A DNA stretch of 24,000 nt from Vibrio panuliri (GTDB lineage Bacteria; Pseudomonadota; Gammaproteobacteria; Enterobacterales; Vibrionaceae), in contig NZ_AP019654.1 of NCBI RefSeq assembly GCF_009938205.1, positions 2,236,540 to 2,260,539 of the forward strand, written 5' to 3'. Shown piece by piece: positions 7,439 through 15,833 of the stretch. The notes under the pieces were generated by a model. It was given only the letters and a program-made list of their open reading frames with translations, ran no database searches and had not been told where the DNA came from. The number at the start of each line of letters is the position of its first letter. Position 1 is the stretch's first letter. Both the position numbers and the translations under genes were made by a program.

Positions 7439-10400
7439 TCAGTACAACCACACTCTCATCATTGAAATTAGCTTGCTGGTGTCAATTGGCTTAGCCAAGT
7501 AATCACTGGCGCCTGCTTCGATGCATTTACTGCGATCTCCTTTCATGGCTTTGGCAGTTAAGGCAATAATTGGCAGTGACGCATGTTTTTTCTGTTGGCG
7601 AATAGCCTGCATCGCCTCATAACCATCCATTTTCGGCATCATGATGTCCATCAGCACCAAGTCAATATCTGGGTTGTCTTTCAGTTTATCGAGACTCTCC
7701 AATCCATCTCGGGCAATCGTGACATTCATGCCCTTATCTTCTAAGACATTGGATAGCGCGAACACATTGCGCATATCGTCATCAACCAACAAGATGTGCT
7801 TGTCTTTAAGCAAGGTTTCTTTGTCATGTACTGCTTTCAGCATGCCACGCTGCTCTGCCGGTAATGCCGATTCTACTCGATGCAGAAACAGGGCTGATTC
7901 ATCAAGCAACCGCTCTGGCGACTTCACCCCTTTGATGATGATGCTTTCTGCGTACTGGTTAAGCTCTTTTTCTTCCTCACGCGTTAATTCACGACCGGTA
8001 TAGACAATAATTGGCACTCTCGCTGCGGTTTCACTGCGGCGAATGTTCTCCAGAAGATCAAAGCCCGTCATATCTTCTAGGCCTAAATCTAAAATCATGC
8101 AGTCATAGTTATGCAGTTCGAGCTCATCCAACGCGTCTTTGCCCGTTGATACCGCGACAATATGCACATCATCTTCACCAATCAGTTGGCGGATGCTGTC
8201 GCGCTGAACTTCATCGTCTTCAACGATAAGCAAGCGTTTGACCGGTTTGGAAATGATGTTTTCAATGCTAGCAAATGCCATATCGAGTTTTTTCATATCC
8301 ACGGGTTTGGTTAGATAACCAATCGCCCCCATCCGCATCGCATCTAAATTGGCGTCATTGGCCGACATAAAGTGCACTGGAATATGACGCACCGCAGGAT
8401 TGTCTTTTAGACGTTCCATAACCGTCCAGCCATCAATACCCGGTAGACCAATGTCGAGGATAATCGCACTAGGCTTATAGTACTCAGCAAAGTGGAGACC
8501 AATTTCGCCCGTCTCAGCCACGATGCACTTAAACCCGCGTTCACGCCCAAAATCACGCATTACGCCGGCAAACGCGCGATCATCTTCAATGATCAGTAAG
8601 GTCTTATCTTCAGCGGCTATCGTTTGACGGTCATCTTCAATAAAGTTCTCGTTCTTGACCGCCATCGGTAATGGTGGCTCGACAGCTTGTGCTTCAAGCT
8701 GGTCTTGCTTAACGGCGGACATCCGCTGAGAAGGGAGTGGTGGTACTGCCGATGACTCATCTTGCTGAGGCACAATGTTGATGATCGGTTTCAGCGACAC
8801 CTCTCCAGTTGCATTCGCGCGCTCCTTACCTGAGTACTCAAGCGGCAAGACAATGGTAAAGGCACTGCCTTTACGCTCTTCACTCTTGAGCAAAATCATA
8901 CCGCCCAGTAGGTGGGTAAGCTCTTTGGAAATCGAAAGCCCCAAGCCAGTGCCGCCATACTTACGACTGGTGCTACCATCGGCTTGTTGGAATGCTTGGA
9001 AAATCGCAAGCTGCTGTTCTTCTTTGATGCCAATACCATCATCTTTAACGCGGAATGCCACCAAAGACTCTCTTGGTCTTTGCATCCGCTCTGCGGTTTC
9101 TGGCGAAGGCAGCGCAACGCTTAGTGATACCGACCCTTCGTGAGTAAACTTGAAGGCGTTGGTTAATAAGTTACGTAAGATTTGCTGTAGGCGCTGGGAG
9201 TCGGTTTCGATACTTGCCGGCAAGTTGCCCGCGATCGACACCGAGAAATCTAGCCCTTTATCCGCGGCGATATCTTTGTATAGACGATTAATATCTTGCT
9301 CAATGGTTGCAAACGGTACGTCTTCGATATGGAGATCAACCTTACCCGCCTCTACTTTGGACAAGTCCAAAATTTCATTAATAAGCGATAGCAAATCAGA
9401 TCCTGACGAGTTAATCGCTTTGGCTGACTCTATCTGTTTATCGTTGAGGTTGCCGTCTTTATTATTGGCAAACAGTTGCGACAAAATCAGGATACTGTTG
9501 AGCGGTGTACGCAACTCGTGCGACATATTGGCAAGAAACTCAGACTTGTACTTACTTGCAATCTCAAGCTCTTTCGCTTTTTCTTCAACGATTTGCTGAG
9601 CGCGATTCAACTCGCTGTTTTTCTCTTGCATCTCAAGCTTTTGGTCTTCAAGTGCTTTAGTACGCTCTTCAAGCTCTTCATTGGTGACACGCAACTCTTC
9701 TTGCTGAGCTTGCAGTTCAGCTTCGGACTCTTTAAGCACTTTCGTCTGCTCTTCAAGTTCCTCATTAGTGACACGCAACTCCTCTTGTTGAGTTTGCAGC
9801 GCACTTTCCGACTCACGCAACGCCGCGGCTTGCTCTTCAAGGTCTTTATTTGCTTGGGTCAGATTTTTTTGATCTTGTTGTGACTGTTCAAGCAACGCAC
9901 TGATCGTCTCGCGTGCGTTCGCCGCGTCAAAAATCACCGCAGCATTGGTGCAGGCTTCATTCACGTAGCGTTTTTGCAGTTTGCTAAACGGGGTTAAAGA
10001 ACCAAGCAGCACGACACCGATGAGATGAGAATCTGTCACCAATGGAATCGACATAAAGTTCGCTGGCGTTACTTCACCTGCACCATAGTTTAACGTTGGC
10101 GCGTCATGGGTGATGTCACTATAAGCGATAACCTCTTGCTCAACGGCCGCTTGGCCGACCATGCCCTCGCCTAACTCGACCAGATTGAAATTACCGCTGC
10201 GGTCACTAAAAGCGTAACTTGAGGTTAAAGCGAGAGTTTTGCTCTCTTGATCATACAAGTACAAAGCGCCCAACTCGGCACTCATATGCTTAGTGAAAAA
10301 GGTAACGAAACGCTTAGCAAGCTCAGCCAAGGTGAGATCACCACGCAACTGGTCATCTAAGCTCTCCTTGCCGACTTTGAGCCAATCAAGATCGCGTAAC

Positions 10401-11548
10401 TGAACCGCCATATCATTCAAAGCGCCAGAGAGTTGACCCAACTCATCGTTGCGTTCCAGTTTTAATGTCGAGTTGAGCTTGCCAGAAGCGATATCATTGG
10501 CAAACGCCATGCCTTGCTCCAAAGGATCGGTGACCGATTTAGCAAACTTAACTGCAACCAGACCCACCACGGCAATCAGTACTAATGCCGCCACCACTAA
10601 GCTGATATAGAGAAAATAAACAGGCTGAGTCACCTCGTATTGATCAATCTTGGAGATCATGTACCAGTTGTGACCTGGAACAGGGATCTTACTGTAAGCA
10701 ATCAAGACGTTTTTTCCTGCGCTATCGAAATAAACGTCATGCCCGCCTTTGTCTCCTGCTGCTTTCGCATCTCCCCAATATGGCGGCTCTGTGGGGAGAC
10801 GATAACCAACGACATACTGACCATTACCCATGGTAGTCACGTCACTGCGCAATTCAAACTGCCCCGTTAGTCGATTGCTGCCAATCAAATAAGACTCACC
10901 AGTTTTGCCTAGCCCAACCCGAGAGTCCAAAATATGGTTGATCAGTTCTGGTAAGATTTTTACTGCCACAATTGCATGCATTTGGTTTTGCTGATCAAAC
11001 ATTGGAGCAGCAAGATAGGAGACTTGCTTTTGCTCATGTTCGCTAAAACTAAAATCCGAAAACGCGGGCTTGCCAGTCCGCTCAACTTCCGACCAAACTC
11101 GGCTCAATGCCAAGTCAAGACTATTGTTGGAAGCCAGTCGCGTACCGAGACGTTGCTTGTCTTGATAGGAATAGAGAATTTCGCCGCGGTCTGGGCTGAG
11201 GATCAATAAGTCGCTGTAACGATAGCTTTGAACAAACTTGCCCACCAGTTGGTTGTACTCTTCATCGACCATTAGTGATTGCTTGTTTGACAAAATCTGA
11301 GAAAGATTTTTCACTTGCTCACTTTGGGCAAAAACTTCAACATCAAGAGTACGATCAAGAAAAAACTCTTCGATTTCATTGCTACGCAGCAATTGAATCG
11401 CGAGCAATTCTTCAAAGGATTTTTCAATCAAAGCATCTGAAGCGATTTTTCCGTTGAACATCGTCGCAGCTAATAGTGGTATTACGCCAAAAAACACCAA
11501 TATCGCGACAAGTTTGGTTCGGATTTTTATGTCTGAGAACTTGGGCAT
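7439..11548 (-). CDS. Hybrid sensor histidine kinase: TM, Cache-like periplasmic domain, TM, HAMP, GAF, coiled coil, HisKA, HATPase, REC, REC, REC
   Basis: The tracked ORF is 7439..11626. I prefer the ATG at 11548 (MPKFSDIKIRTKLVAILVFFGVIPLL gives a first TM segment straight away). H-box FLANMSHELRTPLNSI. G-boxes DDGIGI and GGTGLGLSISK. HAMP ends ...DELGQLSGALNDMAVQL. Three receivers: LIIEDD..ILDIGLPGIDGW, LIVEDD..ILDLGLEDMTGF, LLVDDD..LMDIMMPKMDGY..ALTAKA. Confidence 0.9.
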   Translation of the reverse strand: MPKFSDIKIRTKLVAILVFFGVIPLLAATMFNGKIASDALIEKSFEELLAIQLLRSNEIEEFFLDRTLDVEVFAQSEQVKNLSQILSNKQSLMVDEEYNQLVGKFVQSYRYSDLLILSPDRGEILYSYQDKQRLGTRLASNNSLDLALSRVWSEVERTGKPAFSDFSFSEHEQKQVSYLAAPMFDQQNQMHAIVAVKILPELINHILDSRVGLGKTGESYLIGSNRLTGQFELRSDVTTMGNGQYVVGYRLPTEPPYWGDAKAAGDKGGHDVYFDSAGKNVLIAYSKIPVPGHNWYMISKIDQYEVTQPVYFLYISLVVAALVLIAVVGLVAVKFAKSVTDPLEQGMAFANDIASGKLNSTLKLERNDELGQLSGALNDMAVQLRDLDWLKVGKESLDDQLRGDLTLAELAKRFVTFFTKHMSAELGALYLYDQESKTLALTSSYAFSDRSGNFNLVELGEGMVGQAAVEQEVIAYSDITHDAPTLNYGAGEVTPANFMSIPLVTDSHLIGVVLLGSLTPFSKLQKRYVNEACTNAAVIFDAANARETISALLEQSQQDQKNLTQANKDLEEQAAALRESESALQTQQEELRVTNEELEEQTKVLKESEAELQAQQEELRVTNEELEERTKALEDQKLEMQEKNSELNRAQQIVEEKAKELEIASKYKSEFLANMSHELRTPLNSILILSQLFANNKDGNLNDKQIESAKAINSSGSDLLSLINEILDLSKVEAGKVDLHIEDVPFATIEQDINRLYKDIAADKGLDFSVSIAGNLPASIETDSQRLQQILRNLLTNAFKFTHEGSVSLSVALPSPETAERMQRPRESLVAFRVKDDGIGIKEEQQLAIFQAFQQADGSTSRKYGGTGLGLSISKELTHLLGGMILLKSEERKGSAFTIVLPLEYSGKERANATGEVSLKPIINIVPQQDESSAVPPLPSQRMSAVKQDQLEAQAVEPPLPMAVKNENFIEDDRQTIAAEDKTLLIIEDDRAFAGVMRDFGRERGFKCIVAETGEIGLHFAEYYKPSAIILDIGLPGIDGWTVMERLKDNPAVRHIPVHFMSANDANLDAMRMGAIGYLTKPVDMKKLDMAFASIENIISKPVKRLLIVEDDEVQRDSIRQLIGEDDVHIVAVSTGKDALDELELHNYDCMILDLGLEDMTGFDLLENIRRSETAARVPIIVYTGRELTREEEKELNQYAESIIIKGVKSPERLLDESALFLHRVESALPAEQRGMLKAVHDKETLLKDKHILLVDDDMRNVFALSNVLEDKGMNVTIARDGLESLDKLKDNPDIDLVLMDIMMPKMDGYEAMQAIRQQKKHASLPIIALTAKAMKGDRSKCIEAGASDYLAKPIDTSKLISMMRVWLY
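9647..9814 (-). repeat. In-frame tandem duplication (2 x 84 bp, 2 x 28 aa) inside the kinase coiled coil
   Basis: Unit 1 (9814-9731): ESESALQTQQEELRVTNEELEEQTKVLK. Unit 2 (9730-9647): ESEAELQAQQEELRVTNEELEERTKALE. My manual nucleotide alignment gives 67 of 84 matches. Confidence 0.85.
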
Positions 11549-11929
11549 AGTCAAATAAGTTGGTTTTATTAACAATAATCTCAAATTCTTGCAAAGCAAA
11601 ACTGCAATCTCAATTACGAAACACACTCATTTTGATGTACGTCATACGAGTCACGATTAAATTGCGGCGCCAAACAAGATTTAAGGTTTGAAACGCGATA
11701 GTGACCACATTCCAACACACTGCAACTGCGAATTAAGCAAAGTAATATTTCACCAGAGAGAGTGTGCCCTCGATTTTCCACACCAAACCGCTATTTCTCC
11801 TATTGAAGCCCCTCGTTTAAACCATTGTGCGACGTGGGTTTGCGCCAATCTATTATTAAGTCGCACAGCTCTCATCTTTGCCGCTGCCATATTGATAGAA
11901 TTGAATAAATTTTAAAGATTTATCCTCAC

Positions 11930-13693
11930 ATGAGCTTAAATAAACAGCACTTTGATATTGTGACAGCACTGACCATGCAAGGGACCAGTATCAATGCCCT
12001 TGCCTCTGTTTTTAATATGACCTCGCGTAACCTTCGCTACGCGATAGAGAACATTAATTTCTATCTCGAAAAACTGGCGATGACACCGATAGAACTGACT
12101 AACGGTGAACTGCATTATCCCTATGATGCCAGCCAGTTTTTTAGTGATGTCGTTGCCAACAATTTTATCTATTCAAAACATGAACGTGAGGAATACATTG
12201 CTGTCATTGCGTTATTTTCTCCGCAAACCCTACTTAGCGATATACAACAATATTTACGTGTCAGCCGCCCAACGCTGAATAAGGATTTACGTAACATCAA
12301 TGAGATGTTCAATAACTTGGCGATTAAGCTGGAAGTTATCGAACAACAACTGCACGTCTCAGGCAAAGAGAAGCAAATCCGCTATCTACAGATGTGTTAT
12401 GCCTCCAAGTACCTATTTTGCAAAAATGAGCAGGTTCACTATCTTCAGAAACGCTATTTCTACGAGCGAGATGTTGTGGCGATCGTGCAGGGATATTTGG
12501 AGAAATATCGGCCATATTCAGCATTTTCGGCGGTGAGTCGAATTGAGCAGAATGCGAACTGCGTTCTTAGTGACGAGTTTAGAAATCTATTTACCATCTA
12601 CCTGATGGTCACATTGAGTCGCATTGAACAGGGCGTGTTAATTAACCGCAAAAATAACGGTATGTTTTTGCAGTCAACGAAAGCGTTTGGATACATTAAG
12701 CAGGCGCTTGGTTGGCAACAAGAGAGCCATCACTATGAAGCCTTGCATCTTGCGGAATACTTCCTCGGCGGTATCAATACCGATGGTTTTTACGAAAAGC
12801 GTTTTCAAGCTGAAAGTTTTATTTTCCAGCTACTCAGTGAAGTTAGCCATGACTGCGGTAAAGACTTGCTGTGTGATACAACATTACTCAACGATATCGT
12901 CAACTATCTCACCACCGCGGTCTATCGGGCGAAGAACAATCTCAACACTCAAATTGGCGCACAAAGTGCCTACTCAAAAGCCTTATTTGAACAGATAAAA
13001 GCGGTCGCTGAGCAGTATCGTCATCATTTAGTTGAACCGCTACGCAATGAAGAAATTGGCTACATTACACGGTTAGTAAATCGAACTATCGAGGTACGTA
13101 ATCAGCAGTCTGTATCACTCAAACAGTTGTTAGCCATTGCGAAGAATCATTGTCGCGAACTCAACAGTGAAGGCTTTGTCAGCCAGTTAGTGGAGCAATT
13201 GGGCGATCAAGTGATTGATGACCGAACCTTACCCGGCCTCGACGACCTACTTATTACACTTAAAGATACTTCTCAGCTAATAACCGAGACCGACTTAGTG
13301 GCCGTTTTATCTTGGCTCAGCGGTGAAATGGAGAGGTTGGGACTGGTCAATCATGAGTATAGCGGTGGAATCGTTAGCCTTTACTATGCTCGAAATCACG
13401 CTTATTTTGCTCAACATGGCTTATTGGTTTGTCACGGAAAAAGTGCCAGTCACTGCCAAGGGATTGCGATTGTGCATCTACCGTTACCAAAACCAATTAC
13501 CGATATATTCCAGCGTAATATTCGTCAAGTGATGCTGATCAGCCATATGGATAATGTCCAACATGTTCGAGCTGTGCACCAACTTCATCAAAAGCTCACC
13601 GAGCAAGGGCCATTCGCCCTAGCTACGGATAGAGAAATGCCACTTAGCAATAGGAGTACAAGTGCGCTGTCTGCCTTTCATCCAGTTGAGTAA
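11930..13693 (+). CDS. PTS-controlled transcriptional regulator, FrvR/LicR/MtlR-like (two winged HTH, PRD-like region, C-terminal EIIA(Fru/Mtl)-like domain)
   Basis: 587 aa. The N-terminus has two HTH units (TSINALASVFNMTSRNLRYAIENINFYL and LLSDIQQYLRVSRPTLNKDLRNINEMF). The helical middle is PRD-like (IYLMVTLSRIEQG, HYEALHLAEYFLGG). The C-terminus has LLVCHGKSASHCQGIAIVHLP, resembling the EIIA-2 His region. E. coli FrvR has a similar size and layout as I recall. PRD assignment by eye is the weakest part of this call. Confidence 0.7.
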   Translation: MSLNKQHFDIVTALTMQGTSINALASVFNMTSRNLRYAIENINFYLEKLAMTPIELTNGELHYPYDASQFFSDVVANNFIYSKHEREEYIAVIALFSPQTLLSDIQQYLRVSRPTLNKDLRNINEMFNNLAIKLEVIEQQLHVSGKEKQIRYLQMCYASKYLFCKNEQVHYLQKRYFYERDVVAIVQGYLEKYRPYSAFSAVSRIEQNANCVLSDEFRNLFTIYLMVTLSRIEQGVLINRKNNGMFLQSTKAFGYIKQALGWQQESHHYEALHLAEYFLGGINTDGFYEKRFQAESFIFQLLSEVSHDCGKDLLCDTTLLNDIVNYLTTAVYRAKNNLNTQIGAQSAYSKALFEQIKAVAEQYRHHLVEPLRNEEIGYITRLVNRTIEVRNQQSVSLKQLLAIAKNHCRELNSEGFVSQLVEQLGDQVIDDRTLPGLDDLLITLKDTSQLITETDLVAVLSWLSGEMERLGLVNHEYSGGIVSLYYARNHAYFAQHGLLVCHGKSASHCQGIAIVHLPLPKPITDIFQRNIRQVMLISHMDNVQHVRAVHQLHQKLTEQGPFALATDREMPLSNRSTSALSAFHPVE

Positions 13694-14693
13694 CAACGTG
13701 ACTTAGCAACTTAACGCAACTGATCGCATCATTGGGATTAACTTGGGTGTAAGCTGAGTGACAGTTGCGGACAGGCAGAATAATGGCAAGCCCCGCGATA
13801 CCGCTACCCACCAAGGTGGCTGGCCCATTGTCTGTACCGCCCCCAGCAAGAAAATCTCGTTGTACGCCGATACCAAATTCATTGGCGACATCACTGACAT
13901 AATTCAATAGCGAATAATGACCTAACGCCATCTTATCCGCGACAACCAAGCAAGGCCCTTGACCAAATAACCGCTGCGCTCCCGATTTTACTTCAAGGTG
14001 CTTTGCGGTCGCGACATCAAGCACAATGACAATATCCGGATTGAGTTGTTCGATGGCGGTTTTACCGCCTTTGGTGCCTACTTCTTCTTGCACGGTCGCC
14101 ACAAAATAGAGATCACAAGCGAGTGACTGTTTATCGAGTGAACGTAGTAGTTCAACCCCTACCCAACACCCAATGCGATCATCCATCGCTTTACCGATCA
14201 TCACACCACTGTTATTTAATTCAAAATGGCGAGTCGCAAACACGGCACTGTCGCCAATTTGAATCCCCATAGTGATGACTTCTTCGCGACTACACGCACC
14301 AACATCAAGCCATAAATCATCAATGCTCAACTCAGCCAATGGTTTATCTGTCCAAATCAGACCAGTAAACTTATTGCCACAACGCGTTTTAACTTCAATC
14401 TCACTATTTACTGCCACTTTAGGGTCAATTCCCCCCAACTTGAACAGTTTAAGCAGACCATCATTACGAATTTCTCTGATCAGGAAGCCAACTTCATCCA
14501 TATGTGCAACCACTGCAACTTTGGGACCAGTGGCATGACGATTAAAGCGTGCAATCAAGCTACCGAGCCCATCAAAGCTAATGTCATCAACAATGGGGTT
14601 AAGCACTCCACTTAATATTTGGCGAACCTCATCTTCGCGACCTGATGGGCCATGGGCATTGTTCAACTCGACCAACAAACTAAAGTCTTTCAT
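13644..14693 (-). CDS. M42 family metallo-aminopeptidase (FrvX/YpdE/SgcX-like; often mislabelled endoglucanase)
   Basis: 349 aa. Metal-ligand contexts are present: VVAHMDEVGF, KAMDDRIG, TVQEEVG, VIVLDV, VRNCHS. It starts 5 nt after the M24 gene stop. Confidence 0.85.
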   Translation of the reverse strand: MKDFSLLVELNNAHGPSGREDEVRQILSGVLNPIVDDISFDGLGSLIARFNRHATGPKVAVVAHMDEVGFLIREIRNDGLLKLFKLGGIDPKVAVNSEIEVKTRCGNKFTGLIWTDKPLAELSIDDLWLDVGACSREEVITMGIQIGDSAVFATRHFELNNSGVMIGKAMDDRIGCWVGVELLRSLDKQSLACDLYFVATVQEEVGTKGGKTAIEQLNPDIVIVLDVATAKHLEVKSGAQRLFGQGPCLVVADKMALGHYSLLNYVSDVANEFGIGVQRDFLAGGGTDNGPATLVGSGIAGLAIILPVRNCHSAYTQVNPNDAISCVKLLSHVVTQLDERQTAHLYSYC

Positions 14694-14698
14694 TATTG

Positions 14699-15787
14699 TT
14701 ACTCCTGACGGTTCTTGACCATATCTGCTACTTCAAAAATATTGCGTAGCTGTCTCGGTAATTTGGTGAGGCTCTCACAGCCACTTGGCGTAATGACTAA
14801 GGTATCCTCCACTCGCGCCCCGCCTAATCCACTTAGGTAAACGCCAGGTTCAACCGTCACCACCATACCCACTTCCAACGTCGCCAAACTGTCGGGGGTC
14901 AGCAGTGGATACTCATGCCCTTGCAACCCAACACCATGCCCCAAGCCATGGCAAAATGCTTCGCCATAGCCCAATGAGCCGAGATACTCTCTCACAGTGT
15001 GATCCACGCGATTTGCCGCAATACCTGGCGCAAGCATCTCAACACCCAGTTTTTGTGCGCAGTAAACGGCGTCAAACAGCTGTTGCAACTGCGGTGCGAC
15101 TTCACCGGTACAGAACGTTCTGGTGACATCCGAATGATAGCCTTGGTACACCACACCAAAATCTATGGTAACCAGTTCATTACGCCCAATAATTCGCTCA
15201 GAGGGTCGTCCGTGAGGCAATGCACCTCGCTCCCCCGAGACCACAATTAAAAAATCGATACTTTCTGCACCAAGCATACGAGCGTAGAACTCAAGGTGCG
15301 CAGCTAGCTCACGCTCACTCATCCCAAACCGGAAATGAGCGAGCCCTTGCTCAATAGCCGCTTCAGTGATTTCACAGGCCTTGCGAATCAAGGCGATTTC
15401 CGGTGCTGATTTCCAGCGTCGTGATGGGGTGACAACATGGTCTGTTGCCACCAATTGTTGTGATAATGCCTGCGTAAGCTGCATTACTTGCTGATAACTT
15501 AGCGCATGAGCTTCGAAACCGAGTCGCTCAATCGAATGGACATCCAAACGTTGTTGCAGAACATTCAACCAGCCATCTTGATCAGTACAGAATCTCTGGC
15601 ATTGGGGACTTTGCTCGGCAACTTGCTGCCAATATTTTCCCGCCACCAGCAACTCACTGCCCGAGGGCGTCAGCAATAGATACCCTCCACTGCCCGTGAA
15701 GCCACTTAAATAGCGCTTGTGGTGCGTATCACTAACCAGTAAAGCATCAAACTCTTGCTGATAAGGCGCTAGGCTAAATGTCTGCAT
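14699..15787 (-). CDS. M24B Xaa-Pro aminopeptidase/dipeptidase (YpdF/PepQ-like)
   Basis: The tracked ORF 14699..15799 begins at a GTG. An ATG at 15787 has GGAA 7 nt upstream. Pita-bread fold ligand contexts: IDFGVVYQGYHSDVTRT, HGLGHGVGL, VTVEPGVY, GARVEDT. Confidence 0.85.
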   Translation of the reverse strand: MQTFSLAPYQQEFDALLVSDTHHKRYLSGFTGSGGYLLLTPSGSELLVAGKYWQQVAEQSPQCQRFCTDQDGWLNVLQQRLDVHSIERLGFEAHALSYQQVMQLTQALSQQLVATDHVVTPSRRWKSAPEIALIRKACEITEAAIEQGLAHFRFGMSERELAAHLEFYARMLGAESIDFLIVVSGERGALPHGRPSERIIGRNELVTIDFGVVYQGYHSDVTRTFCTGEVAPQLQQLFDAVYCAQKLGVEMLAPGIAANRVDHTVREYLGSLGYGEAFCHGLGHGVGLQGHEYPLLTPDSLATLEVGMVVTVEPGVYLSGLGGARVEDTLVITPSGCESLTKLPRQLRNIFEVADMVKNRQE

Positions 15788-15833
15788 ATTGATTTCCACT
15801 CAATTGATACTCTTCGTTACTCTGCGCTTGGCG

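Noticed and set aside
8008-8026. Sigma-54-like TGGCAC-N5-CTGC on the + strand
   Set aside because: It lies inside, and antisense to, the kinase coding sequence. The -12 element is imperfect and no downstream + strand gene exists.
7641-11457. Many + strand ORFs antisense to the hybrid kinase (for example 8775..9143, 9150..9599, 9476..9883)
   Set aside because: These are shadow ORFs of a long, well-supported minus-strand gene. The Leu/Phe/Ser-rich 9476..9883 product is simply the complement of the Glu/Lys/Gln-rich coiled coil.
11549-11626. Longer start for the hybrid kinase (MCFVIEIAVLLCKNLRLLLIKPTYLT...)
   Set aside because: The ATG at 11548 gives a short cytoplasmic N-terminus followed directly by the first TM helix, as is usual for Cache-type sensors. 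Neither start has a strong Shine-Dalgarno, so this rejection is only a preference.
11688-11915. 75-aa ORF in the kinase/regulator intergenic region
   Set aside because: It has no ribosome-binding site and a His/Cys/Trp-rich improbable composition, and it overlaps the expected promoter space. I treat it as non-coding.
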